From a virus, in IMG/VR virus record IMGVR_UViG_3300018080_000027, positions 1 to 54,687 of that record: a DNA stretch of 54,687 bases, one strand, 5' to 3'. Position numbers and translations under genes: made by a program. Below the pieces are notes generated by a model, which saw only the letters and a list, made by a program, of their open reading frames with translations, searched no databases and had not been told where the DNA came from. Positions 44,065 through 53,701 of this stretch are shown here, piece after piece. How positions within the stretch are numbered: the stretch's first letter is position 1; each line of letters opens with the position of its first letter.

Positions 44065-44150
44065 GTCCTCCAGGAGTAGCGGCCCTGGTCAACTAGCCGC
44101 CTCCGTTTTGTTGTGTAGCGTTTCATTTTCTACATGGAAGGAGTCTTCCA

Positions 44151-44990
44151 ATGACCCAAATTCATTTCGTGGAAACCGAAGGCATTGGGCCTTCCGCGCG
44201 AGTCTGGAGGAAAATCAACTGTCCGCATAGCAGTGGATTCTTCCGAACTCGCGGCGAAGGCAACCCGGCCATCGGGTACTACGACGATTTCTTGATGCAG
44301 TCGGATACGTCTCTCGAAGACGGATATGGCCGACTTCAATCGGGGACGGGTACGGTAACGCAGATTGCCAGCGAGGCAACGGCGCCCGGTATCTGTCGAT
44401 TGACGTCGGCCGCCGACAATGACGAAGCCGTGATTCAGCCGGGGAACATCCTGGACGTTGGACCGTTCCGGCTGCAGAAGGACTTCGCCTTCGAGGCCCG
44501 TGTTCGACTCAATGCGGCGGCGATCGTCGCGGGCGATCACGGGTTCTTCATCGGCATGGCGACCGGTGGTGCGGCAGGTGCGTGCGTCACGAACCTACTG
44601 TTCACGACCGGCGATGCGATCTACGCCACGGCCAACTTCCTTGGCTTTCAGCACCTTGCAGCCGAGAGCACGGCGCTCGACGCGATGTACCAAGCCAGTG
44701 GCCAGACGAAGGTAGACGGAGCGGTCGACACGGATCTCGACACCGCCCATACCCTTGTGGCGTCCACCTGGGTCAAGCTCGGTGTTGTGTTCCGAGCCAC
44801 CCGGCCGCGGAAGACGATCTGGTACGTCGATGGCGTCCAGGTTTGCCAGATTGAGGAAACTGGCGTGGCCGCCGCCGGATTCCCCGATGCCGACACGGCC
44901 TTCATGCAGCCGACCATCGGTATCCGGGGTGTGGACTCCACGTCGGCGTACCTGGACATCGATTGGATGGCCTGTGCCCAACTGTACTAA
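44151..44990 (+). CDS. Jelly-roll-like structural protein (decoration/cement candidate)
   Basis: 279-aa beta-rich ORF with an AAGGAG RBS, immediately after the capsid gene. Confidence 0.45.
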   Translation: MTQIHFVETEGIGPSARVWRKINCPHSSGFFRTRGEGNPAIGYYDDFLMQSDTSLEDGYGRLQSGTGTVTQIASEATAPGICRLTSAADNDEAVIQPGNILDVGPFRLQKDFAFEARVRLNAAAIVAGDHGFFIGMATGGAAGACVTNLLFTTGDAIYATANFLGFQHLAAESTALDAMYQASGQTKVDGAVDTDLDTAHTLVASTWVKLGVVFRATRPRKTIWYVDGVQVCQIEETGVAAAGFPDADTAFMQPTIGIRGVDSTSAYLDIDWMACAQLY

Positions 44991-45128
44991 CGATTCGCCC
45001 GGTCGATGAGAACCGGGCGCAACGCGGGCGGGCCAGTGCTCATTGGAGGCCCATAACCTCCGACTGCCGGGTGCGACTCCCGGGCCCGCTATTTTTGGGC
45101 GGTCCAAAAACAAGGGGCGATGTGAGGC

Positions 45129-45428
45129 ATGACGATGGTTGCGACGATGACTATGACGACCGAGGGGTTGCTGACCGTACTGATAGCCCTCACTGGCCTA
45201 CTGGTGGCAATCATCTATCCGCTCGCGAAGGGGTGGACCAGTACCGCGAAGGGTATCGCAACACTCGTTCAATGGACCAAAGGGCACGATAAGGAGACGG
45301 AAAAACTATCAAAGTCGGTGCATGAGCTATGGAGGCGAACCGACGATCACGAAACGCGGCTCTCGCACGTCGAAGCGACCTGTGTGGTCACACATGGACG
45401 AACGCGAGAGATAGTAGGTAAGGAGTAA
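45129..45428 (+). CDS. Small membrane protein
   Basis: TM segment LLTVLIALTGLLVAIIYPL followed by a charged helix. Confidence 0.5.
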   Translation: MTMVATMTMTTEGLLTVLIALTGLLVAIIYPLAKGWTSTAKGIATLVQWTKGHDKETEKLSKSVHELWRRTDDHETRLSHVEATCVVTHGRTREIVGKE

Positions 45429-45433
45429 AAGTC

Positions 45434-45760
45434 GTGTACCGAAACCACGCAAAGCAGCCCGGGGTGGCGATCACAAACGACATTGACACTTGCACCGCTG
45501 TTTCATTCTCAAATTGGGCGGGGGGACTAATCCTCTTCCCCGACGACTGCGACCAGACGGAAATCGCGATCTACGTCGCCGAGGATGCGGATGGGACGTT
45601 CACACTGCTCTACGACACCGGTGGTAATGCGATCGACGAGATTCCGGTGGCGGCTTCGCGGGCGGTGCCGATTCCCGACGAGGCGTTTGGCGCCGGCTCC
45701 GTGAAGTTCCTCGGCGACAATGCAAACTCAGTTGATGTGATTGTCTCACTCAAGGGGTGA
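45434..45760 (+). CDS. Hypothetical structural protein
   Basis: GTG start with an AAGGAG RBS 8 nt upstream. Confidence 0.5.
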   Translation: MYRNHAKQPGVAITNDIDTCTAVSFSNWAGGLILFPDDCDQTEIAIYVAEDADGTFTLLYDTGGNAIDEIPVAASRAVPIPDEAFGAGSVKFLGDNANSVDVIVSLKG

Positions 45761-46518
45761 TGGTGATTTCGATGGTCATGTCACAAGCGTTATTGAGGCC
45801 GAAAAGCTCGTCGCTGCTGAATGGGCTGCTGGCTTATTGGCTGTACCGCGAGGCGGTGGGGGTAGCGAAGAAAGATTCTCGCGGCGGGCACCATCTGTCT
45901 GATGCGAATAATGTTGCGCAGTCGACGGGGAAATTCGGTTATGGTGCCGGGTTCACGAACGGGCAGAATCAGATTTTGACTCAGACCGACGACGCCTTGA
46001 AGTTGCTCAACTGGACGGTCGCGTCGTGGATTCAGTTTGGCAGTACGGCCGGCGAAGCAACCCAGAGGTTCTTCAGCCGCCGGGAACTAGGCGGCGGATT
46101 CACCTGGGAGGCTTACCGCCAGTCCAGCAAGTTATCTTACATTGTCTACGCCAACAGCACTCCTACCAGCGTGACTTCCACGTTAACCGTTCCCAATGAT
46201 GGTACTTGGTCGTGTGTGTTCCTGCAGAGCGACAATTCGGGAGCGATCGGCGATCCGCACAAGATGTACCAGAGGATCTTCTTCAACGATGGCGTTGAGC
46301 GAGACGAGACGAAGAGCAATACCTATCACGCGAACGGGCCGGACGTGACGACGGCTCCATTCTGTGTGGGAAACATTTTGCTTGGTGGGGCAGGTCACAC
46401 TACAGGCATCACGGCTGTCATTGACGAGACGGCCGTGTGGAATCGGGCACTGAGCCTGTCTGAGTGTCAGCGGTATTACAACTCCAACATCGGGAGGAGG
46501 TTCCCGGGACAATGGTAG
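45760..46518 (+). CDS. LamG/concanavalin-like (Laminin_G_3-type) domain protein
   Basis: WTVASWIQF...IFFNDGVE...CVGNILLGG...ITAVIDETAVWNRALSLSECQRYY is a typical LamG-like jelly-roll C-terminal signature. Confidence 0.65.
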   Translation: MVISMVMSQALLRPKSSSLLNGLLAYWLYREAVGVAKKDSRGGHHLSDANNVAQSTGKFGYGAGFTNGQNQILTQTDDALKLLNWTVASWIQFGSTAGEATQRFFSRRELGGGFTWEAYRQSSKLSYIVYANSTPTSVTSTLTVPNDGTWSCVFLQSDNSGAIGDPHKMYQRIFFNDGVERDETKSNTYHANGPDVTTAPFCVGNILLGGAGHTTGITAVIDETAVWNRALSLSECQRYYNSNIGRRFPGQW

Positions 46519-46877
46519 CCATCCCCGAGAGGCTAATAGGCGTCCTAGAAGACGACCATCAACGGGTACAAGAGGCAGAGGACAAGATTCTTGCTGCTCG
46601 CGGCACATACGCGCAGCACTTAGCTGTCCATTCGGCGGCCGGTGGGCCTGATGGGCGGCCCAACAATGAAGCGATAGTCGTTACGGAGCAAGCTCCGCTC
46701 GATTCGTCAGTCGCGTATCGGCGACAAGTGGATTGCTACTGTGGCCCTTGCGGGAGTGGGTACGTAGTAACTTACTTCTGGGTCGATGACGGCAAGAATT
46801 TTGCCGTGTGTTACCATCACGGCCCACCGGAGGAAAGCTGGCGGGAACATCCGCCATACGAAATAGAGGATGCCTAG
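46512..46877 (+). CDS. Hypothetical protein
   Basis: ATG 46512 overlaps the previous stop (ATGGTAG). Confidence 0.5.
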   Translation: MVAIPERLIGVLEDDHQRVQEAEDKILAARGTYAQHLAVHSAAGGPDGRPNNEAIVVTEQAPLDSSVAYRRQVDCYCGPCGSGYVVTYFWVDDGKNFAVCYHHGPPEESWREHPPYEIEDA

Positions 46878-48041
46878 ATGTCCGGATTCCAAGGATTCTT
46901 GCGACAAGCGACGTCGGTAGACGTGCTGATCGGCCCATTTCTCGACGAGGACGACCAGAAGACGGCCGAGAGTAGCCTGACGATCACTTCCTCCGATGTT
47001 TATTTGAGCAAGAACGGACAGGGGTTGGCTGCCAAGCATGATTCCACGGCTTGTGCGTTCGATGAGGGCGGTCCTGGCGGATGCTACAATTGCCCGCTCG
47101 ACTCGGATGACACCGACACCTGTGGCCAACTGACGCTGATAGTCCACGAGTCTGGGGCATTGCCCGTGCGGAATGACTATCAGGTGATAACGCGAGCGGC
47201 TTACGATGCGATGTTTGGTTCCTCCGCAAAGGGGCCAACAATCCACGCTGCGCATACGCCGTCATCGGTGGCGAATGTTACCGGTCAACAGACGGGTACG
47301 TATGCCAGCGCGGCCAGCCGGGATGGAAGCTACCACCTACTCACGGATGAAGGTGATGGAATCGAAATCGACTATGTATTCAACGACGTAGCCGCCGAAA
47401 TCATCCCCGTGGCCGTAGAAATCACCGCCCGGTACAACGGTCAGTCGGGCACGTCGATCAACGTGTCGGCCTACAACTACGAAACCAGCGAGTGGGAGCA
47501 ACTAAACGACTCCAATACGGCGTTCACGCATAGCTCCAGCGATTCAACAGTGCGGTTCGACCTGGATGCTGCTCATCGAGAAGACGGTGCGGCAAAGCTC
47601 CGATTCGTTTCCGACACCGCGAACTCCGGCGATACCTTGCGATTCGATCAAGTCAGAATCCTTTCTTCGACGAATGAACCACCACTGAAGCAAGCAGCGA
47701 TTGCCACAGCGATCGAGGGATTGTCAGCAATTGTTGCCGCCAAGACGATTGCCGACGACTGGACCGATGGTGGCCGGCTCGATTTGCTCCTTGATGCCAT
47801 CCCGACGACCGGTACTGGCTCTGTATCGACAACGATCAATGTCAAGGTAGGTGGCGTAGCGGTTGACGGCGCCGAGGTTCGCATCACATCCGACGCGGAT
47901 GGCAACACGGCAGTCGCCGGACCCAAGTACACGGACGCCAGCGGCAATGCCACTTTCCTCTTGGACCCAGGCACCTACTACGCTTGGGTCCAATCCGCCG
48001 GATACGACTTTAGTAATCCAACCACGGTCACGGTGACGTAA
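46878..48041 (+). CDS. Tail-associated protein with a C-terminal carboxypeptidase-regulatory-like beta-sandwich
   Basis: VKVGGVAVDGAEVRITSDADGN...TDASGNATFLLDPGTYYAWVQSAGY. Confidence 0.5.
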   Translation: MSGFQGFLRQATSVDVLIGPFLDEDDQKTAESSLTITSSDVYLSKNGQGLAAKHDSTACAFDEGGPGGCYNCPLDSDDTDTCGQLTLIVHESGALPVRNDYQVITRAAYDAMFGSSAKGPTIHAAHTPSSVANVTGQQTGTYASAASRDGSYHLLTDEGDGIEIDYVFNDVAAEIIPVAVEITARYNGQSGTSINVSAYNYETSEWEQLNDSNTAFTHSSSDSTVRFDLDAAHREDGAAKLRFVSDTANSGDTLRFDQVRILSSTNEPPLKQAAIATAIEGLSAIVAAKTIADDWTDGGRLDLLLDAIPTTGTGSVSTTINVKVGGVAVDGAEVRITSDADGNTAVAGPKYTDASGNATFLLDPGTYYAWVQSAGYDFSNPTTVTVT

Positions 48042-49036
48042 TGGGTACTACCAACATCACGGGTTCTGCCGCATCCGCACCGGGCGGGATGCCCGCAACG
48101 TACGCCAGCCTGCTCGAGCGCGTGGGGCATTACCTGTTTGGCATCCGCACCGGGTTTTCCGCCGATCAGACCAGCGACATCGAGGATTGCATCCAGGACG
48201 GCTTGAACGACGTCTACGCGGCGCATTCGTGGTCGTTCTTCCGCCCAATCGAAGAGATCACTACCACGGCGCCGTATGACACCGGCACGATTGAGGTCGC
48301 CAGTGGGGTCGTGACGCTTACTGATGGCACGTTCCCTTCCTGGGCGGCTGTCGGCGTGCTGCAAGTTGACGACGAATACCATGACGTTGACACCAGGGAC
48401 GGCGATACCCAAATCACACTGGAAGACACGACGGTCGACGCGGATTCCGGCTCCAGTTATGAGTTAGGGCGACCGGAATACGACTTGCCGACTGCTTTTG
48501 AGGCGATCGAGGACGATTTGGTGTACGAACCTGGCCAATCGGATTTCTACCCGCCGGTGCGGCAGAGGCACGACGGGGAGATCCTCCGGATGCGGCAGGA
48601 CGATCCCTACCACGATCGGCCGGTCTTCTACGGCATCCGCACGGTGGAATTCGATCCTACCGTAGGGTCCCGCCGAAGGCTTTCGCTATATCCGACGCCC
48701 GACGCGGCCTACGTATTCAAGGCTCGCATGAAGTTGCGGGCGACGATGATTGACGAGACCAATTTGTATCCGGTTGGCGGGGAGTCGCTCGCGCAGGTCA
48801 TCACCGAGGCGTGTCTTGCCGCGGCCGAACGCAATTTCGACGAACAAGAAGGCCGGCACACAAAGCGGTTCCAAGAGTTACTTCCGCTAGCGATTGCCGC
48901 CGACCAGCAGATGACAAGCCCGACGAGCCTTGGCCCCGACAGACCGAAAGGCGAGAGATGGGGCGGGAGATACGATTCAGACTACCTTCGGGCCTCCCGC
49001 ATTGGAGACCTAACACTCGACGGAGAGACGTTATGA
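48041..49036 (+). CDS. Hypothetical structural protein (adaptor-like candidate)
   Basis: 331-aa ORF overlapping its neighbours at both ends. Confidence 0.45.
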   Translation: MGTTNITGSAASAPGGMPATYASLLERVGHYLFGIRTGFSADQTSDIEDCIQDGLNDVYAAHSWSFFRPIEEITTTAPYDTGTIEVASGVVTLTDGTFPSWAAVGVLQVDDEYHDVDTRDGDTQITLEDTTVDADSGSSYELGRPEYDLPTAFEAIEDDLVYEPGQSDFYPPVRQRHDGEILRMRQDDPYHDRPVFYGIRTVEFDPTVGSRRRLSLYPTPDAAYVFKARMKLRATMIDETNLYPVGGESLAQVITEACLAAAERNFDEQEGRHTKRFQELLPLAIAADQQMTSPTSLGPDRPKGERWGGRYDSDYLRASRIGDLTLDGETL

Positions 49037-49413
49037 GCCACAGAATCCATCACGATTTGTATGAAGGCCACAAGAGACTCGAAGACCCGGGCGACGGGAA
49101 AACGATTCGCGTGGTGGAAGACCTCTCCATCTGCGAACTTGTATCCGGGGCTTCCGCCGAAACGCGGGTACTGGCCAACCCAACCAAGCCCGGCATCCGA
49201 TTCACCCTCCGGATGCTCACGGACGGTGGCGGGGATGTTGTCGTGTCGGCGGAGAACGGCATCAACGTCGACTTGGAAACCCACATTACGTTCGCCGATG
49301 CCGCTGACTCGCTGGACCTGATTTCCGTAACGAAGACCGTGGGCGAGCCCCAGTCCGCCGCCGTGTACCGATGGCAGGTGCATGACGGGAATATCGGGGT
49401 GACTCTCGCGTAG
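49033..49413 (+). CDS. Structural-module protein, paralogue A
   Basis: ATGA overlap with the previous gene. Shares HRIHHxLYxGxK, DPGDGKTIR, SGASAETRVLANPTK, LTDGGGDVVVSA and RWQV with 49472..50128. Confidence 0.6.
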   Translation: MSHRIHHDLYEGHKRLEDPGDGKTIRVVEDLSICELVSGASAETRVLANPTKPGIRFTLRMLTDGGGDVVVSAENGINVDLETHITFADAADSLDLISVTKTVGEPQSAAVYRWQVHDGNIGVTLA

Positions 49414-49471
49414 TGCATGTTCCTCTCGGCCGCTTGGCCGTGTTCCTCTCTCCTTAAAAGGAGTGTTCCTC

Positions 49472-50128
49472 ATGTCGAGTCCCCATAGAATTCACCACCA
49501 ACTGTACCGCGGGTCCAAGGTAATGACGGATCCGGGGGACGGGAAGACAATTCGCCCAAACAAAGACCTTCAGATTTGCGAAATGACGTCCGGGGCTTCT
49601 GCCGAGACCCGGGTACTCGCCAATCCAACGAAGGCAGGAATTCGGTTCGCGCTTCGGCTCTTGACCGATGGTGGCGGGGATGTTGTTGTTTCGGCCGCCA
49701 ACGGCCTGAATACGGCGCTCGAGACGAGTGCCACGTTTGCCGACGCCGGAGATATGCTCTCGCTGATTTCGGTTTCTCTTACCGCCACCACGTTCCGATG
49801 GCAGGTATTGGATGGTCAGCTTGGCGCCGGCATAGCCACGGCAACCGCCACGGCCACGGCTACCGCAACCTCGACGGCAACCAGTTCGACAACGGCTTCG
49901 GCGACGACGTCTTCCTCGAAGTCCACGTCGGCAACCACGTCGGCAACCATGACGGTTACGGCAACCGGTTCCGGAACCAAGACGGATTCGCCGACGGCCA
50001 CCAGCACGTCTACGCGGACGGCAACCAGCACGAAAACCGCGACTTCGACGCAGACGCAGACGCCGAGTGCTACCAGCACGAGCACTTCGACTGCAACGTC
50101 TACGGCCACCGCAACCGGCACCCAGTAA
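49472..50128 (+). CDS. Structural-module protein, paralogue B, with a Thr/Ala/Ser-rich C-terminal extension of about 98 aa
   Basis: AAGGAG RBS 8 nt upstream of ATG 49472. The tail spans 49832-50125 (ATATATATATSTATSSTTASATTSSSKSTSATTS...). Confidence 0.65.
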   Translation: MSSPHRIHHQLYRGSKVMTDPGDGKTIRPNKDLQICEMTSGASAETRVLANPTKAGIRFALRLLTDGGGDVVVSAANGLNTALETSATFADAGDMLSLISVSLTATTFRWQVLDGQLGAGIATATATATATATSTATSSTTASATTSSSKSTSATTSATMTVTATGSGTKTDSPTATSTSTRTATSTKTATSTQTQTPSATSTSTSTATSTATATGTQ

Positions 50129-50137
50129 GGAGGACCG

Positions 50138-50773
50138 ATGGATTTCCAGACCGCGCTGGAGAAGCATTTCAAGTTCACTGGCAGGGCGTCACGCGACAAC
50201 CTGCCGGCACTTGCAATGGCGAGATTCCATTGGGGCGAGAAAGGAGATCATGGCCGACAGGCGCTTGCCCGCATGATTGCCGACTTGGGTTATCGCGAAG
50301 GCGTAGAAATTGGAACGCTTCGCGGCGATTCGGCCGTTATGTTCCTGGAGCAAGCCCCAAAGCTCCACTTGACGTGCGTTGACCCCTACGCGAGGTATAA
50401 CGCCCGGCACTCCCAGGAGTCGCAGGACGAGATCTTCGTGGAGGCCACCAAGAGGCTGAGGCCATACAACGCCGACATCGTTCGCGAGTTTAGCATGGAT
50501 GCCGTTGAAAGTTTCGAGGATGGCTCCATTGACTTCGTCAACATTGACGGGAACCACGAATTCGACCCGGTGATGCAGGACCTTATCTGCTGGGCAAGGA
50601 AGGTTCGGCGGGGCGGCCTGATTATGCTCCACGACTACTGTACGTTATGGTGGGGCGGAATCGTGAGGGCCGTTGATGCGTACACAATGGCCCACCGGGT
50701 AGACCCGTGGTACGTAACGCGCGATCACTTGCCGACCGCGTTTTGGAGGAAAGGCGACGAACGGGTAAAATGA
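50138..50773 (+). CDS. Class I SAM-dependent methyltransferase (Methyltransf_24 / O-methyltransferase-like)
   Basis: GVEIGTLRGDSAVMF (motif I) and IDFVNIDGNHEFDPVMQDL...GGLIMLHDY. Confidence 0.7.
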   Translation: MDFQTALEKHFKFTGRASRDNLPALAMARFHWGEKGDHGRQALARMIADLGYREGVEIGTLRGDSAVMFLEQAPKLHLTCVDPYARYNARHSQESQDEIFVEATKRLRPYNADIVREFSMDAVESFEDGSIDFVNIDGNHEFDPVMQDLICWARKVRRGGLIMLHDYCTLWWGGIVRAVDAYTMAHRVDPWYVTRDHLPTAFWRKGDERVK

Positions 50774-51513
50774 AACTCTCCATCGTCATCCCGGTACTCG
50801 ACAGCCACGAGGGCCTGCGCAGGCAACTCCTCCACATGGAGCGGATCGGACTTCCGGACGACACCGAGTTGATCTTGGTCGACGATGGCAGTGACCCGCC
50901 GATCGAAAACACGTCCAGTCTCCCGGTGAAGATACTCCGCACGGGCGACAAGCGGCCTTGGACATGGGCCCTTGCCAGGAATCGCGGGGCGGAAGAGGCA
51001 ACTGGCGAATACCTGTTGATGTTCGATCTCGATCATATTGTGACGCGAGAGTTGATGGACTTTGTTGTTGAGTCTGATGGGCCTCGGATTCACTTCCTCA
51101 GGTATTTTGGTGTTCTGGATGAAGAAGGGGTACTCATTACCGATCGGAGCACGTTAGAATCCTATGGGTTGCGTGACCCGAGGAAGCGGATTGAGTCCCA
51201 CCACAATAGCTTCGCCATGAAGCGTGACCTGTTTTGGAAGCTCGGCGGGTATCGCGAAGACATGATTGGGAGGCCATACCCGCAAGGAGAAGACAGTGAC
51301 TTCTACTCCAAGTGGAAGGCATACAGCGAAGTGGCCGGGATACCATCCACCGAAGGACCAATTTTGTTCGTGTTCCCAACGGGCCGGTGGTGTGGCGATG
51401 TCGACCATGACCAACACGGCCTGTTTCACAATCTGAGTCGCAAGACGACCAACAATTACTGGTGGAATCACCAAAGGAGGCAAGAGTGTCAGACGGTTTC
51501 GCACGAGACTTGA
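50770..51513 (+). CDS. Family-2-type (GT-A) glycosyltransferase
   Basis: KLSIVIPVLDSHEGL...ELILVDDGSD and a DLD (DxD) motif. ATGA coupling to the methyltransferase gene. Confidence 0.75.
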   Translation: MKLSIVIPVLDSHEGLRRQLLHMERIGLPDDTELILVDDGSDPPIENTSSLPVKILRTGDKRPWTWALARNRGAEEATGEYLLMFDLDHIVTRELMDFVVESDGPRIHFLRYFGVLDEEGVLITDRSTLESYGLRDPRKRIESHHNSFAMKRDLFWKLGGYREDMIGRPYPQGEDSDFYSKWKAYSEVAGIPSTEGPILFVFPTGRWCGDVDHDQHGLFHNLSRKTTNNYWWNHQRRQECQTVSHET

Positions 51514-52457
51514 GCGTGATTATCCCAGGTCGGAACGAAATGTTCCACGCGCAGACGGTTGAGGACGTTCTGTCGCGCACCGAAGCGGACACCGAAGTTA
51601 TTTGCATCCTCGATGGCGACTGGCCGCCAGAGCGAGGAATCCGAGACGACCCGCGGGTGAAGGTCGTCAAGACGACAACGCCGATCGGGCAGCGAGCCGC
51701 GACGAACCTCGGGGCACAGATGAGCCGGGCAAAGTACATTATGAAGCTCGACGCCCACTGCAGGATGGACGATGGCTTCGACACGAAGATGATCGAGGCG
51801 ATGCAGCCCGAGTACACAATGATCCCGCAGATGTATCGGCTTCATGCGTTTGATTGGTGCTGCAACAACTGTGGCAATGGGACATACCAGGGCAGCAAAC
51901 CGGAGAAGTGCGAAGAGTGCGGCAAGAACGACCTATACATGAAGTTGGTGTGGGAGCCGAAGTGGAAAGTCGGGCCGACTGTTTCTTGGCGATTCGACGG
52001 CAACCTGCGAATGCAGTATTGGGGAGCCCACCGGAAGCGGGCGGAAGTGAAGGAACAGGCCAAGACCGGAGTTATCGATACGCCGATTTGTGTCGGGTGC
52101 TGCTTTCTGATGGAGCGGGAGCGGTTCCTGGACCTCGGCGGGATGGACGAGGGGCACGGAAGCTGGGGGCAGTACGGGTTCGAGTTGGGCGCCAAGGCGT
52201 GGCTCTCGGGCGGCAAGATGGTAACGAACATGAATACGTGGTTTGCCCATCTCTTCCGCACGGGCAACTTCTCGGTCAACGGGGAAAGCACATTCCCCTA
52301 CCCGCTCTCCGGGGCAGAACAAGAGAAGGCCCGCAAGTATTCCCGGGACCTGTGGATGAACGACAAGTGGCCCTTGGCGACTCGTAAGTTGCAATGGCTG
52401 ATCGATTACTTTGCCCCGATGCCGGACTGGCACGAGGAAAAGAGCGATGCCGCGTAA
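51486..52457 (+). CDS. GT-A glycosyltransferase with polypeptide-GalNAc-transferase-like (GT27/GT2) motifs and an inserted CxxC...CxxC zinc ribbon
   Basis: LSVIIPGRNE, MKLDAHC (DxH), SWGQYGFELGAKAWLSGGKMV...FAHLFR. GTG 51486 is preceded by AAGGAGG. ATG 51462 is an alternative start. Confidence 0.65.
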   Translation: MSDGFARDLSVIIPGRNEMFHAQTVEDVLSRTEADTEVICILDGDWPPERGIRDDPRVKVVKTTTPIGQRAATNLGAQMSRAKYIMKLDAHCRMDDGFDTKMIEAMQPEYTMIPQMYRLHAFDWCCNNCGNGTYQGSKPEKCEECGKNDLYMKLVWEPKWKVGPTVSWRFDGNLRMQYWGAHRKRAEVKEQAKTGVIDTPICVGCCFLMERERFLDLGGMDEGHGSWGQYGFELGAKAWLSGGKMVTNMNTWFAHLFRTGNFSVNGESTFPYPLSGAEQEKARKYSRDLWMNDKWPLATRKLQWLIDYFAPMPDWHEEKSDAA

Positions 52458-53697
52458 GACGATGGACATCCAGTTTCCCGCCGCCGGAGTTGTGAGGCGG
52501 TGGGGCCTTCATGCAGCAACAGGGGGTCGGGGACCATACCCGGCCCCCTGGGCGACGAATGTTCGCCTTGAGGGCGGTGTCGCGAATCGTCTGCGAGGCG
52601 GCTCGTTCACCGGGCAATCTGCAAGCTCCGTTGACGCCCCCCGCTACCCCTATCTCGTTACCGAGAACGGGGACAACGTCGTCACGGAGAACGGCGACAA
52701 GATCGTTCTTGGTCCGCAGTATGGCGTAGTGACCGGAGATGGTCGAGCTTGGGTTGCGGATGGGGACGATGCCCCCGACAGCGGAACGGCCGACTGCTAC
52801 TATCGAGGCCGGCTGCTTCGCGTCGAAGACAATGCGATTCTTGTGAGCAAGCAGGGGGACACGACGGACTGGGATTACGGTGGCGACTCCAGCAATACGG
52901 GACGGGCGACCATCATCCAGTTGTCCGAGGCGGGGGAAATCGGCGATGACGTGGTGGCTCTGGTGCCCCACAAGGATTCTTTCCTACTGGGGTTCACTGC
53001 CGCCGAGACGTGGGTGTTGACCGGAGACCCCACGAGCGGCACACTCCGCAACGTCTCTCGCGAAGTGGGAGTTATTGCCGCCCGTGCGTGGTGCAAGAAC
53101 CACGACACAATTTATTTCCTGTCTTCGCAAGGACTGTATTCGGTAGGGGCCGATGGAAGTGGATTGAAGCCGATCTCGGAGGACAAGATTCCCGAGGAGT
53201 TGACCGGCGTATCCGACGACGATTGTGTGCTTGACTACAACCATGCCGACCGGGGTGTCTACATCCACCTGTCGGAGGCGGACGTTTCGTGGTTCTACGA
53301 CACGGCGAGGGAGCAGTTCTGGCCGTTCACAACGGATTCGACTGACAGCCACGTCCTGATCGGACCATTTCGGCTGGGGCAAGTGAATTCCTTCGGGCGG
53401 ATCCTGAATCTGAATGGCATGATTGCCAGCGGCAGTGACGACGTGAATTGGCGGCTTGTGACCGGCGATTCCCCCGAGGAAGCCGTGGCGAACGGCAAGG
53501 CCGCCATCGAGGCCGCGATTGCCGGAGAAGACTACGACAGCTACGTTGCGTCGGAGGGGACATGGTCTGCCGGCCGATCGCATCGTTCGTACCCGCGGAC
53601 CAGGGCGGTTTGGTGCTGCCTCTGGTTGCACTCCGAAGGCGACTGGGCGTACGAAGGGGCCTCGCTCGAAGCGATGGTCTCTGGGAAATGGAGATAG
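52447..53697 (+). CDS. Hypothetical tail/structural protein
   Basis: ORF 52411..53697. ATG 52447 or ATG 52462 are the likely starts. Confidence 0.5.
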   Translation: MPRKTMDIQFPAAGVVRRWGLHAATGGRGPYPAPWATNVRLEGGVANRLRGGSFTGQSASSVDAPRYPYLVTENGDNVVTENGDKIVLGPQYGVVTGDGRAWVADGDDAPDSGTADCYYRGRLLRVEDNAILVSKQGDTTDWDYGGDSSNTGRATIIQLSEAGEIGDDVVALVPHKDSFLLGFTAAETWVLTGDPTSGTLRNVSREVGVIAARAWCKNHDTIYFLSSQGLYSVGADGSGLKPISEDKIPEELTGVSDDDCVLDYNHADRGVYIHLSEADVSWFYDTAREQFWPFTTDSTDSHVLIGPFRLGQVNSFGRILNLNGMIASGSDDVNWRLVTGDSPEEAVANGKAAIEAAIAGEDYDSYVASEGTWSAGRSHRSYPRTRAVWCCLWLHSEGDWAYEGASLEAMVSGKWR

Positions 53698-53701
53698 AGC
53701 A

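Noticed and set aside
49454-50382. Arg/Gly-rich ORFs 49454..50167 (-), 49576..50382 (+) and 49816..50199 (-) over the Thr/Ala/Ser-rich segment
   Set aside because: These are low-complexity frame artefacts of the ACN/GCN repeat. They overlap well-supported + strand genes that have good RBSs and paralogue support.
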